Of a stretch of 64,000 bases of DNA, positions 19,518-30,072 are shown piece after piece. The position numbers were made by a program, and so were the translations under genes. The notes beneath the pieces are model-generated. The model was given only the letters and a program-made list of their open reading frames with translations, was not told where the DNA came from and searched no databases. The stretch lies in the NCBI GenBank assembly GCA_047602405.1, contig JASGHJ010000001.1, forward strand, positions 2,272,001-2,336,000. The letters run 5' to 3'. Source of the DNA: Anaeromyxobacteraceae bacterium. GTDB taxonomy: Bacteria; Myxococcota; Myxococcia; Myxococcales; Anaeromyxobacteraceae. Every line of letters begins with the position of its first letter. The first letter of the stretch is position 1.

Positions 19518-20571
19518 ATGCCCCGCTTCGAGGTCTTCGTCCCCGCCGCGCCGCCGACGCTCCCGACGGAGGTCACCCTCCGCATCGAGGCGGAGAGCTG
19601 GCTCGCGGCGGTGAAGGCCGGGTCGAAGAAGATCGGCGGCCCCCAGAATCGCGAGCAACATCCTCTGCGACATCCAGGAGGACGGGTCGATCCACGTGAC
19701 CGACTCGACCTCCGGCCGCGTGTTCCGCATCGTGGAGCTCGCCGCCGGGGCAACGCCGCCGGCGCCGATCCCCGCCGCCGCGGCGCCCGCGCCCCAGCCG
19801 CCCGCGCCTCCGCCGCCCGTGGTCGCGAAGCCCGCGCCGCCGCCCCCCGCGCCCCCGAAGCCGGCCCCCGCGCCGCCCGCCCCCGCGCCGGTGGCCGGGA
19901 AGCCCGCCCCCGCCCCGAAGCCAGCGGCCGCTCATCCTGAGCGTAGCCTCGCCGCAGGCGAGACGAAGTCGAAGGACCGCCCCCGCCCCTCCGCCGAGCC
20001 GAAGGCGGTCGAGGAGGTCGCGCGCCCGTCGACGCCGCCGCCCGCGAAGATCGGCCGCAAGCAGGGCAACCCGCGCGAGGAGCTGCTCGCCGAGCTCTTC
20101 GAGGCCGTCTCGACGCTCGAGGGCCAGAAGGATTGCAAGGCCGCCCTCGCGTACCTGCTCGACCTCGCGATGGAGAGGCTCGGCTGCGACGCGGGCTCGG
20201 TGTTCCTCTCCCGCCTCGGCGAGGACGAGCTGCACTTCGAGGTCGTGCGCGGCCCGGCGGCGAGCTCGCTCGCCTCCGCGAAGCTCACGGTGCCGGTGGG
20301 CGTCGGCATCGTCGGCTACTGCGCGCAGGAGAACGTGTGCCTCGCCGTGTCGGACGCGCAGAAGGACCGGCGCTTCCACCGGGCCATCTCCGAGGCGATC
20401 GGCTACGAGACCCGCTCGCTCCTCTGCGCGCCCATCGCACGCGAGAACACCGTGCTCGGCGCGATCGAGGTGCTCAACAAGCGCGGCGCGGTGTTCGACG
20501 CCGGCGACCTGGCGGCGCTCGCGTACCTCGCCGCACAGGCGGCGGAGTTCCTGCACCGCCTCGACCGGTAG
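19518..20571 (+). CDS. GAF domain protein with Pro-rich linker, 1-nt frameshift near 19647
   Basis: Removing one A joins MPRFEV..GGPQ to IASNILCDIQEDG; GAF motifs GIVGY, TRSLLCAPI, GAIEVLNK. Confidence 0.78.
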
Positions 20572-20672
20572 TCCCTCGGTCCCCATCGGAGACGCTCCCG
20601 GCGCTTCCCTGCGGGGCTGCGCGGCCGTAGCTTGCCGGGCCTTCGCACGCCCGTTCGCAGGAGGACCGCCCC

Positions 20673-21209
20673 GTGAACCGACTCGCCTTCGCCCTCGCCG
20701 CCGCCCTCGCGCTCGCCCTCCCTGGCGAGGCGCACGCGCAGCGCGGCACGCAGATGCTGAGCGCCTGGCTCGTGCTCGACCCCGGCCCCGTGGACGGGGT
20801 CGGCATCGGCGGGCGGTTCATGCTGCCCATCGCCGACGGCGTCATCCGCGGCGGCCGGGTGCGCGACGAGTTCACGCTCGAGCTCGGCGCGGACTTCGTG
20901 CACTACGCCGACACCATCGGCGTGCCGCCGGACGCATTCGAGTACAGCTGGAACGGCTTCCTCGTCGCGGTCGGGGCCACCTGGAACTTCTGGCTGTCGC
21001 CGCGCGTCGCGCTCTACCCGAAGCTCGACCTCGGCTTCTGGTTCGGCTCGTACAGCGGCTGGAGGGACGCGTACGGCTACCGCCGGCACGACTACGGCGG
21101 CGTCTACCTCGAGCCGGCGGTCGGCCTCATCGTGAGGCTCGGCCGGGCGGACCTCCGGGTGGAGCTCGGCACCGACCTCGCCCGGGTGGGCCTCGGCTTC
21201 GACTACTGA
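20673..21209 (+). CDS. Small outer-membrane beta-barrel protein
   Basis: Signal peptide (AHA), aromatic amphipathic strands, ends GLGFDY. Confidence 0.7.
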   Translation: MNRLAFALAAALALALPGEAHAQRGTQMLSAWLVLDPGPVDGVGIGGRFMLPIADGVIRGGRVRDEFTLELGADFVHYADTIGVPPDAFEYSWNGFLVAVGATWNFWLSPRVALYPKLDLGFWFGSYSGWRDAYGYRRHDYGGVYLEPAVGLIVRLGRADLRVELGTDLARVGLGFDY

Positions 21210-21341
21210 AGTAGGCGGAACGACAGGGGTTCCGGGGGCGGCGCCGCGGCCCGCCGGGCTGACCCAGCCCGACCCGGGGCCAGGCCCATTTCGAGGCTGC
21301 GTACGGCGGCGGTCTCGGGCAGGATTGGGCATGTGGGTACC

Positions 21342-21659
21342 ATGGACAAGCGACAGAGCCAGCGCCTTCGCCGCCGCTTCAAGGTGACCGTCGGCACGAC
21401 CTCGTGGTTCACGACGGACGTCGGCAAGGGCGGCTTCGGCGCCGAGACCGCGCGCGCCCCCATCCCCGGCGCGGACGTCATCGGGATCATCTCCGGCAAG
21501 GACGTCGAGGTCGCCTTCGCGGGCAAGATCGCCTGGTCGGTGCGGGGCAACATGCACATGGCCCTGCGCAGCCGGACCGGCGTCCGGTTCACGCGCGTGG
21601 GCCCGACGCTCGCCGCGCTCCTCGCCGACGGGCAGCCGGCGCCCGACGCCCTCGGTTAG
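21342..21659 (+). CDS. PilZ-like domain protein
   Basis: RQSQR (RxxxR), DVGKGG and GVRF motifs. Confidence 0.6.
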   Translation: MDKRQSQRLRRRFKVTVGTTSWFTTDVGKGGFGAETARAPIPGADVIGIISGKDVEVAFAGKIAWSVRGNMHMALRSRTGVRFTRVGPTLAALLADGQPAPDALG

Positions 21660-22744
21660 TCCGCGTCCTCCGGCAGCTCCGCCTCGCTCTTCATCAGCTC
21701 GCGCATCACCACCGTCGCGTACGAGCCGCGCGGCAGCTCGAAGCGCGCGCGGTAGCCGTCGCCCTCGGGCGTCGGGTCGAGCGCGACCTCGACCGGGAGG
21801 CGCGCCGCGCGGCGGGTGCCCTCGGCCTCGCCGCCGCCCCGCGCGAAGTCGGCGGGGGTGACGCCCTCCTCGACGAGGAGCCGCTCCTCGCGCTCGCGCG
21901 CCTCGCCCGCCGCGGCGCGGAGCGCGTGGCCGAACATCGGCCCGGCGGGCGAGACCTCGAAGCGCGCCACGCGCGGGCCGTCGGCGGCGGGGTCCTCGCA
22001 CAGGAACAGCCCGCCGGTGTCGAGCTTCTTCAGCCAGTCGCCGGCGAGCGCCGCCGCGAGGAGGCCGTCCTGGAGCCGCGCGGCGAGCCAGCGGTTGAAG
22101 AGGTGCGACTGGAAGGCGGAGATCACGAACCGCCGCAGGAACCGGTCGCGCGCCGCGCGCTGCACCTCCGGCGCGCGGTCGCCCGCGAGCAGCCGCCGGC
22201 CGATGACGGCGTTCTCGCCGGCCGCGCCGAAGCGCTGGGGGCCGAAGTAGTTGGGCAGCCCCCGCGCCGCGAGCGCCGCGGCGCAGGCCCCGGCCCGCGC
22301 GAGGTCGCCGCCGCGCACCGCGAGCTCGAAGCGGTTCGCCCGGACGTGTCCGGTGCGCAGCTTGTTCTGGTGGCGCGAGACCTCGAGCACGCGCAGGCCC
22401 TCGGCGTCGAGCGCGCGCGGGTCCGGATCGCGCGCGACCGGGAAGGAGAGCCACTGCGTCGTGACCGCGTCCCGGTCCTTCTGGCCGGCGGCGCCGCAGT
22501 CGCGCTCGGGCACGCCGAGCGCGCGCGCGAGCGTCCGGACCGCGTCGCGCGTGGTGCGGCCGCGCTTCTCGACGCGCAGGTAGAGGTGGGGTCCCGCGCC
22601 CGAGGGCAGGTACGCGGGCACCTCGTCGACGCGGAAGTCCTCGGGGCGGCTGCGCAGCGCGCCGCCCGAGCCCGGAAGCTCGGGCGTGACGAAGGGGAGG
22701 GACCCGGAGCCGCCGCCGGGCGGCGGCGGAGTCGTGGGGGTCAC
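21656..22744 (-). CDS. truD: tRNA pseudouridine(13) synthase
   Basis: PEDFRVDE, AGQKDRDAVTTQW, PNYFGPQRFG, FELPRGSYAT. Confidence 0.93.
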   Translation of the reverse strand: MTPTTPPPPGGGSGSLPFVTPELPGSGGALRSRPEDFRVDEVPAYLPSGAGPHLYLRVEKRGRTTRDAVRTLARALGVPERDCGAAGQKDRDAVTTQWLSFPVARDPDPRALDAEGLRVLEVSRHQNKLRTGHVRANRFELAVRGGDLARAGACAAALAARGLPNYFGPQRFGAAGENAVIGRRLLAGDRAPEVQRAARDRFLRRFVISAFQSHLFNRWLAARLQDGLLAAALAGDWLKKLDTGGLFLCEDPAADGPRVARFEVSPAGPMFGHALRAAAGEAREREERLLVEEGVTPADFARGGGEAEGTRRAARLPVEVALDPTPEGDGYRARFELPRGSYATVVMRELMKSEAELPEDAD

Positions 22745-24003
22745 ACCTGCGCCCCGGCCCGGAGGAGGTGGCCGCGGATCGAGGTCGACAGGGCCTCGTC
22801 CTGCCCGGGCCCGAGGCGTTCGCCCACGAGGAACAGGGCGAAGAACACGAGCTCCCTCAGCGCCCGGAGCGCGAGGTTGGCGCGGTCGCCGCCCGAGTCG
22901 AGCGAGGCGACCACCGCGGCGTCGAGGCCGCCGACGTGCGCCGCGACCGCCTCGGCGTCGAGCGTGGCGTCGGCCGCGAGCGGCAGCCGGCCCAGCACCG
23001 GCGCGTGCGGCGAGCTGCCGTCGGCGAGGAAGCTGCGGAGCGCGGCGAGGAGGCCGGGGCGGGCGGCGTCGGGCTGCGTGGCCACGACCTCGCGCAGCGC
23101 CTCGGAGAGCTCGCCCACCACCCGGCGCAGGCGCACCGCCGGGTCCACCGGCGGCGCCGCGGCGGCGGGCTCGAGGTAGCCGGCCTCCGCGAGGTGGTAG
23201 AGGATCTTGGTCGCGTCGAGCTCGTTCATGTGCGCCGCGCGGGCGATCTCCGCGGGCGTGCGGCCGTCGGCGAGCGCGAGGAGCTCGTTCTCGCGGGCGT
23301 GCAGCGAGATGGCGCGCCTCGGGTCGCGGCGGCGGAGGCGGGCGTCGGGCGGGATGCGGGCCTTGAACAGGCTCATCTCGTCGATGCGCCGGATCCCGTC
23401 CATGAGGAGCGACTGGGTGTTCACGGTGAGCGGGGCGCCGCGCTCGGGGATGTCCTCGTCGAGCAGGTGGAACGTGCCGGCGCGCGCCTGCAGGATGGCC
23501 TGGAACACCGAGGTCACCTGCTCGTGGAGGCACTTGAAGAGGTCGTTCGCCGTCATGAAGCCGAGGTCGACGAGCGACTTGCCGATCGGCGAGCCCGCGG
23601 CGTGGGCCTTCGCGAGCTGCGCCTCGGTGGCGTAGCCGAGCCGCACCGCCACGTCGCCGAGCCGCTCGCCCGCGGCGGTGGAGCGGGCGCTGCGCAGCTC
23701 GCCCTCGCGGAACGCGAGCCCACGCTCGGCGCCGCCGGAGGCCACCGTGAGGACCCCGGTGAGCCGCGCCTGGTGCAGGAAGCCGATGAGGTCCGCGATG
23801 GGGAACGCCGCGAGGTCGCCCGCGAGCGCGCAGCGCGGTCGCCCGGCTGCGCCGCCGCCCGAGGGGGTGCGCCGCGCCACCAGCAAGTCGGGCGCGGCGG
23901 GCAGGAGCGTGAAGCGGCCCGCCCGGTCGGCGAGGGCCTTCTTGGCCTCCTCCGACTGCGGGACGACCCGGCCGTGCGGGTCGATGTCGAGCAGGATCGG
24001 CAT
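22741..24003 (-). CDS. DUF4388-domain protein
   Basis: GDLAAFPIADLIGFLHQARLTGVL, ERLGDVAVRLG, LLMDGIRRIDE. Confidence 0.8.
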   Translation of the reverse strand: MPILLDIDPHGRVVPQSEEAKKALADRAGRFTLLPAAPDLLVARRTPSGGGAAGRPRCALAGDLAAFPIADLIGFLHQARLTGVLTVASGGAERGLAFREGELRSARSTAAGERLGDVAVRLGYATEAQLAKAHAAGSPIGKSLVDLGFMTANDLFKCLHEQVTSVFQAILQARAGTFHLLDEDIPERGAPLTVNTQSLLMDGIRRIDEMSLFKARIPPDARLRRRDPRRAISLHARENELLALADGRTPAEIARAAHMNELDATKILYHLAEAGYLEPAAAAPPVDPAVRLRRVVGELSEALREVVATQPDAARPGLLAALRSFLADGSSPHAPVLGRLPLAADATLDAEAVAAHVGGLDAAVVASLDSGGDRANLALRALRELVFFALFLVGERLGPGQDEALSTSIRGHLLRAGAQV

Positions 24004-24930
24004 CTAGTCCTTGAGCCAGCCCCCGTGCGCGACCCACTCGCGCTCGTCGTCGAGGGCGAAGCGGAGCCCCTCGGCGGTGAGGTCGTCGACGAGCCGGCCG
24101 TTCATGTACAGCGACGGGGTGTGGGCGAGGTTGGCGCGGCGCCCCTCGCCCTGCGCGGCCGCCACCCGGCCCCTGTACTTGCCCTGGGCGAGCGCCTCCT
24201 TGAGATCGGCCCCGTCGCCGCCCGACGCCTCGATGACCGCGGCGAGGTTGTCCGGGTTCGGCACCTCGTCGAGCTCGTAGAGGCGCTTCTGCACCTCCCA
24301 GTAGATGCCGGCGTCGCGCGCCCACTCGCCCGCCTCGGCGGCCTCCTGCGCGCCCGGGTGGGCGGCGATCGGGAAGGGCTTCGCGTACAGGCGGACCTCG
24401 GCGGCGTGCTCCTTCGCGAACGCCTCCACCGCGGGGACGGTGATCTTGCAGAACGGGCAGGTGAAGTCGGAGACCACGACGAGCGTGATCTTCGCCTTCG
24501 GGTCGCCGAGGGGCTCGCCCATGTTCGCGAGGTCGAACGCCGCCCGCCGGTCGAAGCCCGCGTAGTAGGCGTCGACGAGCTTCTTGATCTCGGGGCCGGT
24601 CGCGCCCTTCGCCGCCATGCCGCGCGCGAGCGCCACCATGCGCGGCGCGTGCTTGCAGCCCTTGTGGGTGCGCAGCGCGCCCGAGACCGTGAGCGGCAGG
24701 CCGCAGGCGACGAAGGTCTCGCTCGCCCAGGTGGCGAGCGACTGCTTCGCGTACGCGGAGAGGCCGGTGAGGTCGACGCCTGGGAGCGCCTCCTCGGGCG
24801 ACGCGGGCGGCGGGGCCGCGGCGGCCGGGGGCGGCACGGGCGGCGCATCGCGGGAGACGGTGCCGGTGGTCGCCCCGCACGAGGCGGCGACGAAGGCGAG
24901 GGCGAGGGCAGGGAGGCTGGACGGGCGCAT
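24004..24930 (-). CDS. DsbA/thioredoxin-fold lipoprotein
   Basis: SDFTCPFC active site, HTPS cis-Pro motif, lipobox. Confidence 0.85.
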   Translation of the reverse strand: MRPSSLPALALAFVAASCGATTGTVSRDAPPVPPPAAAAPPPASPEEALPGVDLTGLSAYAKQSLATWASETFVACGLPLTVSGALRTHKGCKHAPRMVALARGMAAKGATGPEIKKLVDAYYAGFDRRAAFDLANMGEPLGDPKAKITLVVVSDFTCPFCKITVPAVEAFAKEHAAEVRLYAKPFPIAAHPGAQEAAEAGEWARDAGIYWEVQKRLYELDEVPNPDNLAAVIEASGGDGADLKEALAQGKYRGRVAAAQGEGRRANLAHTPSLYMNGRLVDDLTAEGLRFALDDEREWVAHGGWLKD

Positions 24931-24982
24931 GCGTTCGGATCCTCGAGCGGATCCCTTAGCACGGCCCGTGTTACGAAGGGAC

Positions 24983-25462
24983 ATGACCGACCTCGAGGCC
25001 ATGCGGGAGGCCCTCGCGCTCGCGAGGACCGCCGCGGCGCGCGGGGAGGTGCCGGTCGGCGCCGTGGCGCTGTTCGAGGGCAACGTCGTGGGCCACGGGA
25101 TGAACGCCCGCGAGGGCGCGCGGGATCCCACCGCCCACGCGGAGCTGATCGCGCTGCAGCGGGCCGCCCGCAAGCTCGACCGGTGGCGCCTCACCGGGGT
25201 CACCCTCTACGTCACGCTCGAGCCGTGCGCGATGTGCGCGGGCGCGATGGTGCTCGCCCGCATCGACCGGCTCGTCTACGCGGCCTCCGATCCCAAGGCG
25301 GGAGCGGTCGGGTCGCTCCTCGATCTCTCGGGGGACCCCCGCCTCAACCACCGGTTCCCGGTCGAGCGGGGGCTCCTCGCGGACGAGGCCGGCGACCTGC
25401 TGCGGACCTTCTTCAGGGCGCGGCGGGGCTCCGGCGGCGCGCCCGAGGGTGGAAACGGGTAG
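24983..25462 (+). CDS. tadA: tRNA adenosine(34) deaminase
   Basis: EVPVGAV, DPTAHAE, TLEPCAMCAGA, DPKAGA. Confidence 0.95.
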   Translation: MTDLEAMREALALARTAAARGEVPVGAVALFEGNVVGHGMNAREGARDPTAHAELIALQRAARKLDRWRLTGVTLYVTLEPCAMCAGAMVLARIDRLVYAASDPKAGAVGSLLDLSGDPRLNHRFPVERGLLADEAGDLLRTFFRARRGSGGAPEGGNG

Positions 25463-25465
25463 CGG

Positions 25466-25528
25466 TTGCTGCCGGGGTGGGGCCCCGACGAGCTTTGCTC
25501 GGCGGGGCGGGGGGCGCCGAGCCCCCCG
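25466..25528. repeat. Intergenic palindromic repeat, family B
   Basis: Near-identical to 11924-11988. Confidence 0.8.
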
Positions 25529-25585
25529 TGAAATTCAGCTGGTTGGCGCTTGGCAGCCGCAGGACTTTCGGCTAGATCCGCCGGC

Positions 25586-25673
25586 GGAGAGCTGGCCGAG
25601 TTGGTCGAAGGCGCCTGACTCGAAATCAGGTGTACCGGCAACGGTACCGGGGGTTCGAATCCCTCGCTCTCCG
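25586..25673 (+). tRNA. tRNA-Ser(CGA)
   Basis: GGAGAGC/GCTCTCC acceptor stem, CCTGA-CTCGAAA-TCAGG anticodon arm, long variable arm, TTCGAAT; CCA not encoded. Confidence 0.95.
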
Positions 25674-25707
25674 CTCTTTTTCTCCAGCAACTCCAGCAAC
25701 ACAGTTT

Positions 25708-25797
25708 GGAGAGGTGACCGAGCGGCTGAAGGTGCACGACTGGAAATCGTGTGTACCGGGAACGGTACCGTGGGTTCAAATCCCACCCTCTCCGCCA
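25708..25797 (+). tRNA. tRNA-Ser(GGA)
   Basis: GGAGAGG/CCTCTCC acceptor stem, CACGA-CTGGAAA-TCGTG anticodon arm, long variable arm, encoded CCA. Confidence 0.96.
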
Positions 25798-25855
25798 GAC
25801 AGGGCGGACCCCGCGCAGCGGCATTAAGACAGGGGTGAGCCGGTGGATGTCGTAG

Positions 25856-25962
25856 AGCCGGCCCAGAATCCTCGGGCGACGTGGGGGCTGCCGAACCCCG
25901 CCAGGCCCGGAAGGGAGCAACGGTAAGTGGTCTTCCGTGCGCCCGGGGATTGTGGGCCGGCT
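25856..25962 (+). ncRNA. ffs: Signal recognition particle RNA
   Basis: CAGGCCCGGAAGGGAGCA domain IV inside a long hairpin (AGCCGGCCCA/TGGGCCGGCT); upstream of dnaX. Confidence 0.9.
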
Positions 25963-25974
25963 TGCTGTTTTTCA

Positions 25975-26034
25975 CGTCCCTCGACTCCGGCCCGCGGAGC
26001 TGCGCTCCGCCGGGCCTGCGCTCGGGATGAACGG
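25975..26034 (-). repeat. Palindromic repeat, family A
   Basis: CGTCCCTCGACTCCGG-hairpin-CCTGCGCTCGGGATGAACGG, reverse of the family consensus. Confidence 0.75.
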
Positions 26035-26070
26035 CCGTGCCCACGAGGTGTTCTGATCAGGGGTTGAACC

Positions 26071-27990
26071 ATGACGACGCCCTACCTCGTCCTCGCCCGC
26101 AAGTACCGGCCCCAGCAGTTCGGGGAGATGGCCGGGCAGGCGCACGTCGTCCGGACGCTCTCGAACGCGCTGAAGACCGGCCAGCTCGCGCACGCCTTCC
26201 TGTTCACCGGGCCGCGCGGCGTGGGCAAGACCACCTCCGCCCGGCTCGTCGCGAAGGCCCTCAACTGCGAGAAGGGGCCGACCGCCCAGCCGTGCGGCGA
26301 GTGCGCGCCCTGCCAGGAGATCGCCGAGGGGCGCGCGGTGGACGTCGTCGAGATCGACGCCGCCTCGAACAACGGCGTCGACAACGTCCGCGACATCGTC
26401 GAGGCGGTGAAGTACCGGCCCGCGCGCGACCGCTTCAAGGTCTTCGTGGTGGACGAGGTCCACATGCTCTCGACGGGGGCGTTCAACGCGCTCCTGAAGA
26501 CGCTCGAGGAGCCGCCGCCGCACGTGAAGTTCGTGCTCGCCACGACCGACGTGCACAAGGTGCCCGAGACCATCGTCTCGCGCTGCCAGCGCTTCGACTT
26601 CCGGCGTCTCACGGTGCAGGAGATCGCCGACCAGCTCGGCCGCGTGGCCGCCCAGGAGCACATCCGCGTCTCGCCCGCCGCGCTCGCGCTCGTCGCGCGG
26701 CAGGCGGAGGGCGGCATGCGCGACGCGCTCTCGATGCTCGACCAGGTCCGCGCGGCCTGCGGCGACGCGCCGGACGACGGCGCGGTGGCCGAGGCGCTCG
26801 GCGCGGTCGACGCGCAGGCCATCTCGCGCATCGGCGCGGCGCTCGTCGGCCGCGACGGCGCGGCGGTGCTCCAGGAGGTCGGCGCGCTCCACGCGAAGGG
26901 GCTCGAGATGAAGCGGGTCGCCGAGGAGCTCGCCCGGCACCTGCGCAACGTGGTGGTCGCGAGGCTCGTGCCGGGGTCCCCGCTCGATCTCCCCGACGCC
27001 GAGGCCGCCGAGGTGAAGGCCCAGGCGGCCGCCGCCGACCCCGCCCAGCTCGTGCGCCTCTTCGACCTCGTGCAGAAGGCGGTCGAGGACGTGAAGCTCG
27101 CCGAGGGCTCGCGCCACGCGCTCGAGGTCGCGCTGCTCGCCGGCGTGTTCCTCGCGCCCGGCGCGCAGGTCGCGGAGCTGGTCGCCCGGCTGGACGCGAT
27201 GTCCCGCGGCGCGCCGCTGCCTCCCGCGGGCGGTGGACCGGGCGGGAGCCACGGGGGCGGCGGCCCACGCCCCACCTCCACTCCGTTCGTCCCGAGCCCT
27301 TCGACAGGCTCAGGGCGAACGGAGCCCGTTCCGGGCATCGTGCAGGGGTTTCGTCCGCTCACCCCGAGCGTAGCGGCCGCACCAGCGGCCGCGGAGTCGA
27401 GGGGCGGGTTCCGCGACCTGCCGCGCGAGGCCGTCGCTCCTCCGGCGCCCGCGCCCGCCGCGTCGATCCCTGCCTTCGGCACCCCCGGCTGCGCCTCGCC
27501 GGATCCGGTCGGTCCGGGCGTCCTTGCCGCCGAAGCGGCCGCGGGGAACGACGCCGACCGCTGGCGGTCCGCCGTGGAGGCCATCGAGAAGGTGAGCCCC
27601 ATGGCCGCGCCCGCCCTCAAGCAGGCGGCGCTCCTGAAGCTCGTCGACGGCGAGGTCTCGGTGCAGCTCGCGCCGGGCCTCTTCGCGCAGACCGCCGAGA
27701 AGCGGCGCGCCGAGGTCGAGGCCGAGCTCGGCCGGTTCTTCGGCCGGCCGACGAAGCTCTCCATCACCGTGGGCGCGCTGCCCGGGCCCGCCGCCGCCGG
27801 CGGGGCCGCCGAGGGTGGAGGTGCGGACGCGCCGCCGCCCGGCGCGGCGCCGGTCTCCATCGCCGCGGTCGAGGCGGCCGAGCGCATGGCGCGCACGGCG
27901 CGGGTGAAGGAGACGGCCCGCAACCACGACAACATCCGCGAGGCCGCCCGCATCCTGGGCGGCGGCATCGAGAAGATCGAGGAGCTCTGA
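26071..27990 (+). CDS. dnaX: DNA polymerase III subunit gamma/tau
   Basis: [39 protein letters not shown]. Confidence 0.96.
   Translation: MTTPYLVLARKYRPQQFGEMAGQAHVVRTLSNALKTGQLAHAFLFTGPRGVGKTTSARLVAKALNCEKGPTAQPCGECAPCQEIAEGRAVDVVEIDAASNNGVDNVRDIVEAVKYRPARDRFKVFVVDEVHMLSTGAFNALLKTLEEPPPHVKFVLATTDVHKVPETIVSRCQRFDFRRLTVQEIADQLGRVAAQEHIRVSPAALALVARQAEGGMRDALSMLDQVRAACGDAPDDGAVAEALGAVDAQAISRIGAALVGRDGAAVLQEVGALHAKGLEMKRVAEELARHLRNVVVARLVPGSPLDLPDAEAAEVKAQAAAADPAQLVRLFDLVQKAVEDVKLAEGSRHALEVALLAGVFLAPGAQVAELVARLDAMSRGAPLPPAGGGPGGSHGGGGPRPTSTPFVPSPSTGSGRTEPVPGIVQGFRPLTPSVAAAPAAAESRGGFRDLPREAVAPPAPAPAASIPAFGTPGCASPDPVGPGVLAAEAAAGNDADRWRSAVEAIEKVSPMAAPALKQAALLKLVDGEVSVQLAPGLFAQTAEKRRAEVEAELGRFFGRPTKLSITVGALPGPAAAGGAAEGGGADAPPPGAAPVSIAAVEAAERMARTARVKETARNHDNIREAARILGGGIEKIEEL
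27283..27407 (+). repeat. Two family A palindromic elements in frame within the dnaX linker
   Basis: CCGTTCGTCCCGAGCCCTTCGACAGGCTCAGGGCGAACGG (27283-27322) and CCGCTCACCCCGAGCGTAG-hairpin-CGGAGTCGAGGGGCG (27355-27407). Confidence 0.75.
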
Positions 27991-27991
27991 G

Positions 27992-28303
27992 ATGGACATC
28001 CAGTACCTCATGCGGCAGGCGAAGAAGCTCGAGAAGGCCGTCTCCGACGCGAAGGAGTCGCTCGCCACCGCGGTTTCGGTCGAGGCCGAGAGCGGCGGCG
28101 GGCTCGTGAAGGTCGCCATGAACGGCAAGTGCGAGATCACGAAGCTCGCCATCGATCCGAAGGCCATCACGCCCGACGACCGCGCGATGCTCGAGGACCT
28201 CGTGACCGCGGCGGTGAACGCCGCCGCCGAGAAGGCGCGCGCCGCCGCCGACCAGCACCTCGAGAAGGCGACCGGGGGCATCAAGATCCCGGGCATCGGG
28301 TAG
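27992..28303 (+). CDS. ybaB: YbaB/EbfC nucleoid-associated protein
   Basis: [19 protein letters not shown]; dnaX-ybaB-recR synteny. Confidence 0.93.
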   Translation: MDIQYLMRQAKKLEKAVSDAKESLATAVSVEAESGGGLVKVAMNGKCEITKLAIDPKAITPDDRAMLEDLVTAAVNAAAEKARAAADQHLEKATGGIKIPGIG

Positions 28304-28306
28304 CGC

Positions 28307-28904
28307 GTGGCCGTCGCGGATCCCATCGCCCGGCTCGTGAAGGAGTTCGCGAAGCTGCCGGGCATCGGCGAGAAGACCGCCCAGCGCCTCGCGTTCCACG
28401 TCCTGAAGGCCGGACCCGGCTACGCCGGCGAGCTCGCCGCGGCGATCGCCGGGGTGGTGCGCGACGTCCGGCTCTGCTCGCAGTGCCAGACCCTCACCGA
28501 CGTCGACCCGTGCCCGGTCTGCGCCGACCCGGAGCGCGACGCGAAGCTGCTCTGCGTGGTCGAGGGCGTGCCCGACCTCATCGCCATCGAGCGCACCCGC
28601 GAGTACCGCGGGCGGTATCACGTCCTGCACGGGGCCCTCTCGCCGCTCGACGGCATCGGCCCCGGCGAGCTCAGAGATCCGCGAGCTCCTCGTCCGCCTG
28701 GAAGGGGCGCCGGTGGACGAGGTGGTGGTGGCGACGAACCCGGACGTCGAGGGCGAGGCCACCGCGCTCTACCTGCAGAAGCTGCTGAAGCCGCTCGGGG
28801 TCAGGGTCACCCGCATCGCCCAGGGGGTGCCGATGGGGGGCGATCTCGAGTACGCGGATCAGGTGACCCTGGCCCGCGCCCTGGCCGGCCGCCGAGAGCT
28901 GTAG
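28307..28904 (+). CDS. recR: Recombination mediator RecR, 1-nt frameshift near 28675
   Basis: [14 protein letters not shown]4 zinc finger, YHVLHG; continues in another frame as [17 protein letters not shown]. Confidence 0.92.
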
Positions 28905-29001
28905 GCGTCCCGGGGCGTACGATGAGGTCTACGAGATTGAATACCGGGCGTTTCCCTGGTATTCGGCCATGGTCTCGGGAACATCGCGGAGAGCCCTGCG
29001 C

Positions 29002-29481
29002 ATGAATTCCGGCTTGGTCATGTACGAGGAGGAGTTCCGGCTGATCGCCGGGATCTGCGATCGGCTCACGCGCGACGCGAACGCGAAGGTGGTGTTCCTC
29101 GTCGACAAGAACGGCCAGCTCATCGCCTCCTCCGGGCAGGCCCAGAACCTCGACACCACCTCCCTCGCCTCGCTCACCGCCGGGAACGTCGCCGCGATGG
29201 GCGGCCTCGCGAAGCTGATCGGGGAGAAGGAGTTCCCGAACCAGTTCCACGAGGGGGAGCGCGAGTCGCTCCACATGAGCATCGTGGGCGGGCGGGTGGT
29301 CCTGGTCGTCATCTTCGATGCCAAGAGCTCGCTCGGGCTCGTGCGCCTCCGGGTGAAGAAGGCCGGCGAGGAGCTCGGGAAGGTCTTCGAGGCGCTCGCC
29401 CAGAAGCAGGCGGCACCCGGCGCGGCGAGCCCGTTCGCCGAGATCACCGATGACGACATCGACAATCTCTTCAGCGAGTGA
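29002..29481 (+). CDS. mglB: MglB roadblock GTPase-activating protein
   Basis: LVMYEEEF, DANAKVVFLVDKNGQLI, ITDDDIDNLFSE. Confidence 0.96.
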   Translation: MNSGLVMYEEEFRLIAGICDRLTRDANAKVVFLVDKNGQLIASSGQAQNLDTTSLASLTAGNVAAMGGLAKLIGEKEFPNQFHEGERESLHMSIVGGRVVLVVIFDAKSSLGLVRLRVKKAGEELGKVFEALAQKQAAPGAASPFAEITDDDIDNLFSE

Positions 29482-29484
29482 GCG

Positions 29485-30072
29485 ATGAGCTTCATCAACT
29501 ACAGCTCACGCGAGATCAACTGCAAGATCGTCTACTACGGGCCTGGCCTGTGCGGGAAGACGACCAACCTGCAGTACGTCTACGCGAAGACCAACCCCGA
29601 CGCGAAGGGCAAGATGATCTCCCTCGCGACGGAGACCGAGCGCACGCTCTTCTTCGACTTCCTCCCCCTCTCGCTGGGTGAGATCCGCGGCTTCAAGACC
29701 CGCTTCCACCTGTACACGGTGCCGGGCCAGGTCTTCTACGACGCGTCCAGAAAGCTTATCCTGAAGGGCGTGGACGGGGTCGTGTTCGTCGCCGACTCGC
29801 AGATCGAGCGCATGGAGGCGAACCTCGAGTCGGTCGAGAACCTGCGCGTGAACCTCTCCGAGCAGGGCTACGACCTCGACAAGATCCCGTACGTCGTCCA
29901 GTACAACAAGCGGGACCTCCCGAACGTCGCGACCATCGAGGAGCTGCACCGGCTCCTCAACCCCAACGGCGTGCCCGAGTACCAGGCCGTCGCCCCGACC
30001 GGCGTCGGCGTGTTCGACACGCTGAAGGCCGTCGCGAAGCTGGTCCTCACCGAGCTGAAGAAGGGCGGCTGA
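29485..30072 (+). CDS. mglA: MglA small GTPase (polarity/motility)
   Basis: [37 protein letters not shown]. Confidence 0.98.
   Translation: MSFINYSSREINCKIVYYGPGLCGKTTNLQYVYAKTNPDAKGKMISLATETERTLFFDFLPLSLGEIRGFKTRFHLYTVPGQVFYDASRKLILKGVDGVVFVADSQIERMEANLESVENLRVNLSEQGYDLDKIPYVVQYNKRDLPNVATIEELHRLLNPNGVPEYQAVAPTGVGVFDTLKAVAKLVLTELKKGG

Noticed and set aside
25586..26070. tRNA-anchored genomic island
   Set aside because: No integrase or duplicated tRNA 3' end seen; core tadA-ffs-dnaX synteny is intact
26071..27990. E. coli-type programmed -1 frameshift in dnaX
   Set aside because: No AAAAAAG slippery heptamer or long A-run seen
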